Shown here in pieces: positions 24,101-36,571 of a stretch of DNA of 64,000 bases. This stretch comes from Anthoceros angustus. Taxonomy: Eukaryota > Plantae > Anthocerotophyta. The notes beneath the pieces are model-generated. The model worked only from the letters and a program-made list of their open reading frames with translations, was not told the DNA's origin and ran no database searches. Numbering within the stretch: the stretch's first letter is position 1; every line of letters begins with the position of its first letter. The stretch spans positions 1-64,000 of the forward strand of contig MU008175.1 of assembly GCA_010909165.1 (NCBI GenBank). Reading direction: 5' to 3'. Position numbers and translations under genes: made by a program.

Positions 24101-25526
24101 CAACAATGACGGCCATGGAGGTGACCGAGGCACTCGAGAAGCAGGCCCATTATCAAACTCGGGAGGTGGAGCAACAAGGCAACAGCCTCCCGAGCATGGC
24201 GGCGGGAGTACGGTGCTCCGCACACGTGGAAGAGGCAATCCAAAGAAGTGGATTCGGACTTTGCCTATTACCACGCCGAGCTCCGGCATGAGGCCCCCTC
24301 ACGAAATAGACGGACGGAAGGCCCTGAGGGGAAGAAGGGCACGGGAGACAGGACCCTAGGGGCCCTGCTTGAGACGACGGCAGGAGAGAGGAGCCCCAAG
24401 AGGAGCGGACGCATGACAAGGTAAGTTCACCACCACCATCCGAGAAGGGGGTGAGGGCCCAAGGTGCAGGAGGAGCCAACCCACCAAGACAAGGCCGGGG
24501 GTAAGGAGGAGGACCTAGCAAGACGAGGTCCACAGAAGGGGTCCGAGAGACCGGACCAATAAGTTCGACCGAGGTCCGAACTCGAGACAGGGGACCCACC
24601 CCGAGGGAAATAAGCCGGACCTGAGTTCAGTTCGGAGTCGAGACCGACCTCGAGGTCCGACTCGCAAGAAGGAGGAGCCCTCGACTTACGCTGGGGAGAG
24701 ATAGCGGGCCCCACCGGAGGGGACCCAGGAGGCTGTGGAGGATGACGTGGTAACGGGCTGCCGACCGCCGAGCCCAACCCGTGATTCCGGGAGAGGAGGT
24801 CCTACCGGATCATCCGATTGGGTGCACGCCAGACGGGAGATTGGACCACCAATCCCAAGGCGGAATGACCTTCCCACACCGCGAAGGAGATAGGGGAGGG
24901 AATAGGATGGTAGCGGCCGATTAGTATACCGAGCCGGCCGCCCGTAATAGGGTGTAATAAAGACGCCGACCGGGCGTAGTATAAGAGGGCGGGCCGCCTC
25001 AATAAATCATCTTCTCTTGGTGTTGATGCTGCTCTGCACTTTGTGTGTCTTCTTGCTAACGTGAGTCCCGAGTCACCGAAAGGTGCACGGCGCCCCGGGG
25101 GATTGATCGGTCCCGTGACGGACCTAACGGTTGTGGTGTGTGCAGGAAGGGTGATCTGGGACCCGTGCTCGCCGGCCGCACGAACGGACCGAACGTGAGC
25201 CGAGGACTCGAGGAGGACGGAGAGGCCAGAACGGAGGAGGAGGTCCGGATCGGTAACCTTTTTCCTTAAGACCGATAAGTGTAGTGTGAGTGGAGAGGAA
25301 CGAGAGGTGTGAGAGAAACGTGAACGAAACGGACGCAACGGGTCTCAAACGCTTGGCCATACCGGGCGGTGTTTGTCGCGAGTAGTTAGACGAAGAGTGT
25401 GTGGGACCGAACGGACGCAAAGTAAGACGAGAATCGCCAAACGCAAACGGAGCTCATTCCTTTGGGAACGGACTCTTCCTACAACGACACGGATTGTGCT
25501 ACCGGCCGTCCGAAAGTCGCGCCACA
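21146..25526 (+). repeat. 5' LTR of family A (4381 bp)
   Basis: TG...CA termini, followed by the PBS. TATAAGA at 24980 and AATAAA at 25001. Homologous over its full length to 43881-48340 and to the reverse complement of 29991-34406. Confidence 0.9.
21770..24420 (+). pseudogene. Frameshifted accessory ORF inside the LTR U3 region (coiled-coil-rich, unknown function)
   Basis: Consensus peptides recur in different frames across the three LTR copies: MEPVERNIVTRAIRTLG, ARKLWTEKPRHLGRPIPIHVWGHFELLKEGELE, EKELAAKRAKEE. Long open stretches, e.g. ORF 22366-23073. Confidence 0.55.
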
Positions 25527-25529
25527 TTT

Positions 25530-25544
25530 TGGCGCCGCTGCGGG
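25530..25544 (+). promoter_or_regulatory. Primer-binding site, tRNA-Asp type
   Basis: TGGCGCCGCTGCGGG directly after the LTR end. Resembles the TGGCGCCGTTGCCGGG complement of the plant tRNA-Asp 3' end used by Athila-like elements. Confidence 0.75.
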
Positions 25545-25549
25545 AATGA

Positions 25550-28500
25550 AATCGCTCAGAAAGCGTGGATGCGTGGAGGACGGAGGTAGTTAAGGACGAA
25601 TCGAGAGAGTCGGACGCCAGATCGCCGAGCGCCCGAGCGCAGCACGTGAGAGACGACGAGCTCGAGGCGAGGACACCACCCAATGTAAGCGTGGTGGAGT
25701 TGTCGGATCGAGGAGGACGCAGACCAAGTCGCGGTGGGGCGGTTCCTCATCCCTTACCGATCGCGCGATGGCAACAACGCCGAGCAAGCGATTCTCTTTG
25801 GAGGTAAGAAGGAGAGATCAAACCTTCGTGGAGGATTTCGTGTCTCGCAAACTTCAACGGAGAAGGTTCGGATGCGAGCCTCATTCAAATGCTCCAAGGG
25901 TCCCGGGTACAGCCTGGGTATCGGAGGAAATACCGACCGCCGTAACGCACCGCAACCTTCAAGATTGAAGGATGCCTTCTAGAAAGATTCCGCAATCGAT
26001 CAAGAAGGCGCCTTGTCCAAACTCGAAGCGAGGAAAGACGGAGAAGTTGGGATCACATCGAACGGTTCTCTACCGGGACCGCACCCCACTCACACTACCA
26101 TGCAAAGCGTGGTTCGTGGCTTATCCAAGCCAATGGCTACACGCTGGAGAAAGATGTGAGCAAGGCGGTGAGAACTATGAAGAATCGATGCACCAACGGC
26201 CGAGGACTCCTCCGTGAGGAAAGAAGAAAAGAAGAACGGGGTCGGACTCAAGATGAAGAACCCTGACGAGGAGGATGATGAGACCGAGGCATTGAGGAAG
26301 AGGAAGAGGACTCAAGAAGAATCCGAGGTCATGGAAGAAGAAGAACCTAAAAAATAAAGAAGAAGAAGCCCGAGTGAGGGTGGAAAAGAAGGAGGTCATG
26401 ATGCCCGACGAGAGGTCACCGACCCCTTTGAAGGAAGTAGCGAGGGAAGATCTAGAACGGGTAATGAAGAGGGTGGAGGAGTTGACGATCAACCGTGAAG
26501 GATAAAGAACGCGAAGGCGCCACCACGGTCCGTGACTGTGCGGTGTGTGTCACCAACATGGGCATTCAAGCCCTCCGCACTCGTGGAACTGTGTGGAGTA
26601 TGACTACGGGAAGAGTCCGAGGAAATGGGAGGATGCATACCAAGTGCAAGAAGCACAACCGGACCACGATCCTGTGACGATGTACCCCAAGTGGTCCGTC
26701 TGCATCGACTCCGATGCAAAGACCGCATGGGAGCCCTCCGTGAATTCTCGTGGCGGCGGTCTCTTGGAACTGTGGGAACCCCGCACTACTCCAACGTGCC
26801 CATACCCCACGGCAAGGCAACGACTTTGAACGCCTGTGGAGATTGAAGGTGGGGCACATGGGCAAGACTGTCCGAACCTCGCTCGGACGGCGGCCACGCC
26901 ACCCGCAGGAGCGCGACCACGCCCTCCCTAAGGCGCTACAATTGAAGACGACAATTGGCGGAGGAGGAGGCACCGAGGAGCTGAACGAGGTGGTACGGGC
27001 AAGTTCGCTAAGGAGAAGAAGGCGGACTGAGGTACCGGAAGTGTCAACCCGAGTCGAAAGGAGCGAAGGAAGGAGATGCAAGAGGAAGAAAATGGGATAG
27101 TCCCACGGATACGGAGGACGGAACACTGAAGGAGCCGAACCCGCCAAAGAGGAGTTAAACCGGCAGCCGCCAAGAAGAAAACCAAAAGCCCAATGCGGAG
27201 AAGCGGACTCACCACGGCAACACGCAGCTTAATGTGGTCCGAGAAGTGACCGAGATGCTTCAAGAAGAACTCCGACAGACCTGAGTGGTCCGACCACCAA
27301 AGCAAAAACGCGGAGGGTCAAGGCGACGGACGCGCAGAGAACCACCCGCCTTTCAAGGTGGCCGACTTGATGATGGACCAACAACACTTGGTGTCCCTTA
27401 GGCGCTTGTTAAAAGACAACCCGTATCGGCTGTGAAGTCCGGAAGGCCATCAGGAAACGCAACCACGGAACTCCTTGGCCCAAGGGCAAGAACGTGGAGG
27501 TAAGTAGTATCTCATACGACCGGGCGCCAGCAGTGTGGAAATTGCGGGTGTGTAATGCTCGACACGGGTCGAGGAACCTCATCACCGAGGCCACCGCAAG
27601 ACGGCCGGGGTTCACCACCTTCGAGCCATCCACCAAAACCCTCGTGATGGCGACATGTCGCGAGCGCCAGGGGGAGTTGTCCGAGTCCAAGCCACCATAG
27701 GAGCCCCTATACATTAGATTGCCGCCATCGACTGACCTCGGGGTACGAGGTCCAAGCGGCCTGGGCCTCGCGACAAAACTACACTTCGGACGGAAGGAAA
27801 TACACTTCAAGCCGGACTGGGATCCAAGGTGAGGGAAGGACGGTAGCGACACTGAGTAAGGACACATACGGTGAAACCACAAGACAGTAGGGTACACCTC
27901 CGCCAAGACAAGTGGGGACGATGAGCGAGGATACGAATGAGGACTACCCTTTCCCAAAATCTCGTGGTCCAAGAAGAAATGGACTATCGAGGGACACCTT
28001 GGAGTGAGGTGATCACCGCTTCCAAGTGGAAGTCTGGAGGACCAAAGGCGGAACCCTCCCGAGGAGGAGGACCTCAAGAAGTAACTGCTTCACTCATTTA
28101 ACTCTTCCGAGAATGGGGAATGTGAAGATGAACCGCTAGAGGATGATGGCTTTGAAGCGAGGAAAAGAGGGAAAGAGAGGCAACCCGACGCGGAGGAAAT
28201 TCCTAAAATTCGCAAGGGTATGCCATTGAAAACAAGACCTCACACATTGTTGGGGAATTCAGGTGTTTGCAAGGTCACATGAAGGGCATTCAAACAAAGG
28301 CGTAACACCGATAGATTCGAAGCCGAGCGGTGCCTGCTCGATTAGGCAAGATAAATCAATCCCAAGCACTCGCCAAGGTCAAGGAAGTCCCGGATAAGTA
28401 TCCGAAGCGGACATCATCTTCCCAATCGAAGGAGTGGGTGGCGCCATTGTCGCGTGTCAAGAAGCGCAGATTCGTCTCGTCAGATCGGAGAAAGCTTAAC

Positions 28501-29990
28501 GCCGCCACGTAAAAGGACCATTTCCCATGCCCTTTGTGGACGACATAATCGACAAGGTGGCGACGAGTACCTACTCCTTCTTGACTACCATCGGCCACAA
28601 CCGCACCTAAGGGAGTCTGATCGATAAGACAACATTCACCACGGAGTGGGGGGACGCTTGCCTACAAACGGAGTGCCTTCGGATGAGCACCCGGATCATT
28701 TATGCGGATGGTGACCAACGTCTTCCGGGAATTTCTGAGGGACTTCATGGAGGTGTTCTTGGACGACTTCTGTGTGCACGGAGAGGAGGACAAACACGTT
28801 GGACATTTGCGGAAGTGTTTGGAACGATGTAGGGAGACTCAACTGTGCCTGCATCCGGAGAAATGCTACTTCGGTATGACAGAGGGAATCCTGTTGGGGC
28901 ACCGCGTGTCGGCAAGAGGGATAGAGGTGGATCAAGACAAGGTGAAAGTCATCCACCGCAGCCCGCACCAACGAACTTGAAGGAGTTACGGGATTCCCGG
29001 GCATGGTGGTTACTATAGGCGCTTCATCCAAGATTTTGCAAAGCGGGCCTCCAAGCCAGTGAGCTACTCAGAAGGAGGAGGAATGGACCGGACGCCGAAA
29101 GGGAGGCGGCATTCGTGAGACCTCTGCACACCACGGCCCCAAGACAAAAGGACCTGACGGGAAGCGATTCCATGTGTATGTGATGTCACGCCATCGAGTA
29201 GTGCTCACCAAAAGATGATAAACGAGGGATCACCCAATCTACTACTGGAAGACACCACGACGGAACGGAGGTACACTACTACGGAGCGAGAGGCATTGGG
29301 AATGGTATACGCTAAGAAATTACACCTTCCGCCCAACGATGAGTTTTTATGTTGATCACTTCAAGGCCAAGCACTTGGTGAACAAGGACTTTGTCCGGAC
29401 GAATTGCGAGGTGGATTCTGCTACAGGAGTTCACATTTGAGGTGGAGACTAGGCAAGGAAGGCAACACCAAAACGTGACTTCTTGTCCAGTTAAAGACGG
29501 AGCCCGCCCCAGGGATCAAGAGGACGCCTTCCGGATGAGGAATTGGTGGCGATAGAGGAGGAGGTAGAGGAGCAACCGACAAACCCTAAGCGGGGACATG
29601 GACCCACGGCAAGCGAGAAGGGAGCGGACGGGCGGCCTCTTATGGAGTTGGAACGGTACCTATGGGAGATGGAGCTACCAAACGAATCGAACCGGGTCCG
29701 GCAGGTGCCTTTGTGCACCACGCCTTTCTTGTATAACATCTTTAAGGTGGATGGGAACGAAGGTACCCAACAAAGCGGAAACGGAGGTGGTAATAAAGGG
29801 ATGCACGAAGGACTAGGTGGTGGACATTATGCGCATAGTCACCACCAAGAAAATCTTGAGGTCGGGTAATCGTGGCCCACCATGTATGGGGAAACACACC
29901 AATTCGTGAAGAAGTGTGATGCTTGTCACCGGATCGGGAAGCCGACCGCCACAACTCCAATGGCTGCTAGTGCCCATACTACTAGCACCT
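25550..29990 (+). pseudogene. gag-pol of family A (5' part, heavily frameshifted)
   Basis: Protease LDTG; ORF 28702-28980 with RT motifs; post-RH linker DAFPDEEL; integrase zinc finger MHEGLGGGHYA...CDACHRIG. Confidence 0.85.
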
Positions 29991-32900
29991 TGTGGCGCCG
30001 ACTTTTGCCGACAACAATGCGCGCATAATCCCGCAGGTCGCTGTAGGAAGGAGTTCGCTCCCAAGGGAATGATGACTGCTTGCGCTGCTTCAGCGATTTT
30101 CGCCTTACTTTACGCCTCACCCTAACGCACACACTTAGTTCACGCTCTAACTACTCGCGACAACACCGCACAGCCGGTATGGCCAAACGCTTAAGGACCT
30201 GCTCGTCTGCTCCGCTCCCTCTCGCCTCACACCTCTCTCACACACTACACTTATCGCCTTAAGGGAAGACGCTGGCACATGCGGCCCGACCTCCTCCGCT
30301 GCTCCACTGGCCTCCGTCCGGGCGCCAGACGCCTCAAGTCCTCCGGCCACACGCCCGGCCGCGCCGGGTCGCGCTCGACGAGCACGGGTCCCCGCCACCA
30401 CTCCCCACACACCACAACACGTTAGGTCCGCTACTGTGGACCTCGACGATCCTCCGGTGCCGCGGCTCGCCATGACTCAGACTCACGTTATCGTGAAGAC
30501 ACAGGGTCTGCAAGAACGCTGCATCAACACCAAGGAAAAAGATGATTTATCTGTGGCAGCCCCAAATTTCTTATACTACGCCCAGGTCGGCGCTTTATTA
30601 CACCCCTATTCGAGCCGACGGCCAGCTCAAGATGCCCTAATCGCCGCCTACCATCCTATTTCCTCCTCCTATCTCCTTCGGCTGGGCTGGAAGGTCCCGG
30701 TTCCGCCTTGGGATTGGTGGTCCAATCTCCCGCCTCGACAATGCGGCGCACCTAATCGGATGATCCGCGAGGCGGACCCTCCTTCTCCCGAATCGCCGTT
30801 ACACGGCGTCCGACGACCGCTACACAACGTCATCCTCCCTCGGCCTTCCTGGGTCCCTCCTGGGGCCACCGCCGCCTAGCGTAAGTCGGGACCTCCTCAT
30901 CGCCGGAGTCCGACCTCGAGGTCCGGCTCGACCCGAGCCCCGAACCCAAGGGTCCGTTTATTTCCCGAGTCCGACCGGCCGGGTCCGCTCGGGGTTCGGA
31001 CCTCGTGGTCCAGAGATTACCGGGTCCGATCTCCAACTCCGACCCCTTCCCGTGGACCTCAGATCGCTAGGTCCTCCTCCTTACCCCGACCCTTGTCTTG
31101 CTGGCCTTGCTGCCCCCTCGCAGCCCTCACCCCCGCTACGGATCGGGTGGTGGTGAACTTACCTTGGGGTCCGCCGGCCCCGCCTCCTGGGCTCCTCCTT
31201 CGCTGTCGCCTCCAAACAGGCCCCTAGGGTCCTCGTGCTGCCCCTGCCCTTCTTCCCTCCGAGCCTTCCAGGCCCGCTCCTATTGCTGGCGAGAGGCCTC
31301 TACCGCCTTCGTGAGCTCAGGTAATAGGCAAAGTCCGAATCCACTTGCCGGATTGCCTTCCACGTGTGCCCGAGCACCGATACTCCCTTCGCCATAGATG
31401 CTCGGAGCCGAGCTGCCCCGCTTGTTGCTCCACCTCCCCGCCAGTTTGATAGCCGAGCCGGCCGCTCGCGAGGCTGTGGCCGCCGGCCACCTCCCGCCTG
31501 CTGCTCCACTTGCTCCAACTCCTCCGCTTCCGCTCACGCCTTGCCCGCCATAACGCAGCTCCTTCCGACTTCCTCACCGACCAGCTTGTCTGCCTCGCCG
31601 CCTTGTCCATTCCCGTTAACTCCGCCATCTCCCGCCCAGACGGCCGCAACACGGCTGATCGGGCTTCACCTGTGCCCTTTCCATCTCGGCGACGCCCCGC
31701 CTGCTCCATCGCCCATCGACTGGCCCGCCAACAGAGCCGGAGCCGCTTATTTCTCTGCCCGCGACCATGTCCGCACTACCATTCCTCTCATCGATAGTTT
31801 GAGCCGCAGCCCAAAGTCTCCTTGCGGTCCTCCATCTCCCCGCTGCCCCACCTCCCGAGCCGAGTCCGAGATCCTCCACCTCCTGTGCGAGCTTCTGGGG
31901 TTGGTCCGCTGCGCCACCTCGCCCATCTTCGTGCAGGCCGAGGCGCCTATCTCCGCTCAAGTCCGGATTCTCCCATTGAGAATTCCTTGCCCGACGCTGC
32001 CTTGGAGTTGTAACCCAAGGTGTCCTCACTGCCTCCAACTCCCGCCTCCCTTCTCTCTTGCAGTACGCCTCGAGGTCCCCGATTTCGGCCTCCAGCCGCC
32101 GGCTTTGTCCGTGCTTGCTCTGCCACCGCCGGCCTTCGATTGGGCTCTCTCGGCCTCCACCGGCCCGATCACGCCGATAGTGATCGCGATCGGCCTCGCC
32201 GGGCCTCCGCCTTGGCCACCTTCACCGAGCCTCTCCTTGGCTCGTCCGCCGCCTCCGCTGATCCCGCGCCTGCTCTGCGCCCGCCCGCTCACGCCTGCAG
32301 AGGTCCTCCGCCCGCTGGGCCTTGGTCCGCTCACTGCTCCTCCACTGAAGGAATTTGGTCCGTCCGCGGATGGACCAGACCTCCTCGCCTCCCGGCTTTC
32401 CTCCTCAATCCGCCGAGAGCTCTTCCTTCGCCTCCCGGCTCTCCAACCGCCTCCGAGGAGTACCATGCGCCCGGTGGCTTCTACCTCCGGGTCTTCTGCC
32501 ATCCCGCATGCATTCTGAGCATACCGTATGACGACCAGTGACCTCCGTGTTTCTTCCACGGCCGGTGAGGCTCCCACAAAGTCCGTAGCGGAGCGCAGAT
32601 CTCACGGTCCGCCAAGGACCTCCATACCGTCCGAGTAAGTCCGACTGGGTTCTCCGACCTAATCAGACCCTTAGGTCCCGATGAGCCCGAGCTTCCTCCT
32701 TGGCCCTTTTGGCCGCGAGCTCCTTCTCCGCCTTTTCCTCCCTGGGCCTTGAGGAGGTGAGGGAGTCCGGAGCAAGTTTTTGCCCTTCCGGGCGACATGA
32801 CTGCTCGTGGCTGCTGCTGTCCTCCCGCCTCGGGCCGGCCCTTTCGCCTCCCATCGCTTCGCCTACCCGCAAGGGAAGGGTACTGCACCGACCGAGGTGC

Positions 32901-34406
32901 CGCTGGTAGCCGTGGGTCTTGCGCCTCTTCGGCCCCTCCTGTCCGGGGGCCTCACCGAGTGGTGGCCGTGGCGGGCCGCCTCGCTGGATCTGCCTGTTGG
33001 GGCACCAGAGGAGGGAGGCGGAATTTCTTCCCATACTTCGGGTGGTGAGGGGGTCCGCTCCTGCACGATGGAGTCCGGAATCTCCCGCCGCCTCCTCCCG
33101 AGTCCGCTTGGCCGACGATCGGCCTCCTCCGCGCCGCCTCCTCCACTTCCCAGGCCTCCGGCCCTTTCCGAGCGCAAGCTCCTTCCTTGAGGAGTCAAAT
33201 GCCCCATACATGGATCGTGCATGGGGACATGATGGCGAAGGCTTCCCCCGAGCTATGAGCCTCCGCTAAACCGGGCGAAATAATCCTTCCCACCCGCCTT
33301 CTTCCGGCCGCAGGCATGTGAATACTATCAGATTATCACCAAGGTGATCCACCTTGGTGAGTAGGTTCCAGGACAATGATCCGGCCACCGCCTTACTCGA
33401 CCGTCCAACAGTCGGATATCACCAACCACAGGGTCCAGGCCCTGTGCCTCAGATCGCCGCTGTGGTCGGGCCCTATCTTCCCTTGAGGGGCCCGCACCAC
33501 TCCCCTCTTCCTCCTTGGGCGGTAGGCGCCTCAGACCTCCAAGGTCCATCGCTGTCCTCCCGAGGTTCTTGACCGCACTCCTTATTGACCGCCAAGATCT
33601 TCCGGCGAACTCCGACCAGAGTGACATCACAAATGTCCGCACTATCCGAACACATCCAAATGCCACTCGCACTACCTCCGCCTCGGAGCTGTGGCCCAAA
33701 GTCCGGATAGCGCCATCACAATGTTGCGCCCACAAGGTTCCATGGCTCCCAAACTTCCGCTGGCTTTTGGGTGCCATCGCCTTCTCCTCCCTTGCGAGCC
33801 GCTGTTTGAGACCGCCGCACGCGCTGTCACGCCTCCGACCTCAACGTGAGCCGCCAAGACGCTCCGAGTGTCCCACGAGATACCGCCAGAGCCGGATCAT
33901 GAGCGCAAGAGATCGCGAGAATTGTCTCGAGGTCGCAGCGAAATGACCTTCCTTCGCCGCGCCGGAGTAACTGGCGGGAGGGCGCCTCGTCTGTAATCGC
34001 GAGGTCTCGCATGGCTTATTCTCGACCTTACGCCTTACTCGCCTTACGCCGCTGCACTCGCCTTACGCCACCAGCGCGTGAATACCGCTATAACGGCCTG
34101 CAAGGTTACGGTCCTGCCACCGATGCCCGCTCTCCACTGTAGTTGCCCACGTGGCGCGCCCGTCCGCTCCCACGGCCAACTCCGAGTTACTGGGCGATTT
34201 ATCCCGCCTCGTCCTGGAGTGGGTCCGACTTATCCTGCTACTGCGCCACCATAGTAGGTCCTGATGCCTCACTCCGAGTCCGAGTATACCCAGTGTCCCG
34301 AGTGCTATACCATGCTTATTTTCCCTTTCGCCTCATTTTATCCTTTTACTCCTACAAAAACAAAACCCTACCTATTTCTAACCCCTGTGGAAGTCCGTAG
34401 TCCACA
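29991..34406 (-). mobile_element. Inverted solo LTR of family A (4416 bp) inserted in the host integrase
   Basis: Minus strand begins TGTGGACTACGG (34406) and ends GGCGCCACA (29991). Flanks CCT / CCCT approximate a TSD. The host frame LLAP|PFEKWG continues across it. Confidence 0.9.
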
Positions 34407-34425
34407 CCCTTTGAGAAGTGGGTAT

Positions 34426-36571
34426 TGTGGGTGACCACATGGGTACTCGACCCCTTGAAAAGAGTGTTTTTGTTTTGTGTTTAAGTTGTGAGAATCGTGG
34501 GGTTGGAATGTGAAGTAGGTTAGGAAATAAGAAAAGTCTACTAGAGCCTAGTAGGAGGAAGAGAGTCTAGTCCCGATCCCGGATGTAACCTTGGAGGGTT
34601 GGTGCTCGACGGTTAACGCGTTGCTAGGGCTGATAAGGACTGTTGCTATGACAACAACCGACGGGAGCTGTTGCTATGGTAGCAACCAAGTCGGAGTTAT
34701 TTTCCGATAAATTCGGAAAACCTATTTGGGCGAAATCACGTGGAAATAATGGAAGTAACAGGGGAACATGGAGGTACTTGATCCATGCCTTGACCACCGG
34801 ATCCTACCTATGGGTTGGACTCTTATGGAGGAGACTTTCAGACCCATCCGGATTCAAGAGCTCACCGAGGAGGAGTACTGCATCATGAGCACAAGAGAGG
34901 GAGGAGTCCAGCCGAGGAGGTGGAGATTTTGTGGAGAGATTGCCCAACCAGCCAAGAGGAGAGAGCAAGAGGAGAGCATGGGCTAGGAGGCCTAGGAGGC
35001 CTAGAGAGATAATAGGGTAAGTGACTAAAATACAGAGGCCCATGTGTTATAGATCAGAATCTTATCCTCTCTTAGTGGATGATTAAGAGATAGGCCTCTA
35101 GGATTGGTAGGCTAAGACCGATTGGTATTTTGGCAAGCGCCAAGCTACTTTGTGGGTGATCTTGGGTATAAGAGGCACCCTCTTGATGAAATGTAAGCAA
35201 TGTTGGTTTAAGGTCTTGGTGTTTGGGGCGAGCACGGGTTTGGGGGTACCGGATCCAAAGGTCGTAAGTCTAGACACGCTTTGTCACGGAGAAGCCAAGA
35301 AGACCACTGTTGCCTAGATCCGGTGGCCGATCCGCAAGGGTGGTGGAAAGCAAGGGAGGGAGCCTTGAGGTCTCCTTGGAGGGAGTTTCAAGGTCAAGAG
35401 GAAGGGGTTGTGAAGCCGGGAGGCTGTCCAGACTCTTCCTCATTCCTCTTAGTCTAGTACTCACCTTGTGTTTTGAGTTTCGTGTGTGTTGAGGTCGGGT
35501 GTTTCGGGAGAAGAGAGGGGAGCTGTGTGAGGAGAAGACAAGGGAGCCTGTGTGTGGAGGAGAAGTCAAGGAAAGTCAAGTGAGTTGGAGGCCCGTGGGC
35601 TTGTGTGTTTGGAAAATGAGAGGGAAAGTGAACTGAGAGAAGTGGAGAATGGACATGGAGAGTTGCTGATTGGCTGTTTGAGAGGAGTAAGAAGGACTGA
35701 GAAGTCTGTAAGTGATGTTTGTGTTGTCAAGAAGAGAGTGTGAGTGGAGGTTGAAGATCCGTGAGTGGATGAGACGGAATGATTGCGGAGGTAGAAACAA
35801 GTATTTTGAGAGTTGGTGAAGGGCTGTAAGGGCCTGGATGAGAACCTTGTAAGGACTGGAGAGGCTGTGAGTCAGGAAGTGGAGATTGAATGGGGCGGTG
35901 AGGTGTGAGAACAAGGAGAGTTGAAGAGAGTTCCGGGAGACTTGGAGAGTGTGGGAGGATCTGAGAGGCACCTCAAGGGGCTGTGAGAGCTGGAGAGGTC
36001 TGTATGGAGCTTGGAAGGTGAGCTGAAAGGCGGAGGAGAGACAAGGAAGTCAAGAAGTGCAAGAGAAGGGGTAGTTTGTGTGAGGCAACCCTTTATGGGA
36101 GTTGTCCTAGGTTTAGGTTTAGAGATTAGGGTTAGCCGGCTGCTTAGTTGTCCATAAATAGTGTGTGGAAAAGGTGACACGTGGCTAACTCGATTGGTGG
36201 ATCTAACTGTGGATAGATAAGAGAGAGGGTGTCCAACCTTATCCACTTGGATCCCCAAGTGGGTCCCACCTTCTATTAATAGCCGACTGATCCCAAGGTG
36301 GACCCCACCGCTGTAAAATAGAGGGTGGTTGCTAAGATAGCACCGTCTGCGCTGCTAAGGGTAGCGCGTGGCTAAGATAGCCATGTGTCCGAGTTAGGAT
36401 AGTAGCTGGTCTCAGAATCGCTAGATGTTTGGTGTCCGTGTTTGGTTGATTGGCTATGTTTTGGTTGTCTTGACACGAAATCACTCCTTGGGTACGAATC
36501 TCAAGTCTACAACGATAAAGAGGGTAAATGTGGCCTCTTTGTGACCACTTGGTTTAGAAAATCACTCCACA
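34426..36571 (+). repeat. 5' LTR of family B
   Basis: Direct repeat of 40927-43084. Sense TATAAGAG at ~35167. Followed by the PBS. Confidence 0.9.
36105..36395 (-). promoter_or_regulatory. Putative antisense promoter module inside LTR-B (also at ~42620-42905)
   Basis: Reading on the minus strand: GCTA..TAGC palindromic motifs, GGNCCCAC sites (36259-36269, ~36300), G-box CACGTG (~36178), TATTTAT (~36155), telo-box-like AACCCTAA/AAACCTA (36105-36135), then a CT-rich tract. Confidence 0.45.

Noticed and set aside
25530-25544. tRNA gene
   Set aside because: Only a ~15-nt complement of a tRNA 3' end next to an LTR, i.e. a PBS; no cloverleaf.
31364-32518. 384-aa plus-strand ORF (likewise 47048-47980 and 44100-44972 on the minus strand) as host genes
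   Set aside because: These are Pro/Ser-rich antisense shadows of the GC-rich LTR-A region, and the frames are not conserved among LTR copies.
36105-36135. Interstitial telomere
   Set aside because: Only 3-4 degenerate units, present in both LTR copies; better read as telo-box-like motifs.
35576-36258. Long antisense ORF in the CT-rich part of LTR-B
   Set aside because: No clear ATG and low complexity. Conservation between sister LTRs is expected without selection, so it may simply be a 5' UTR.
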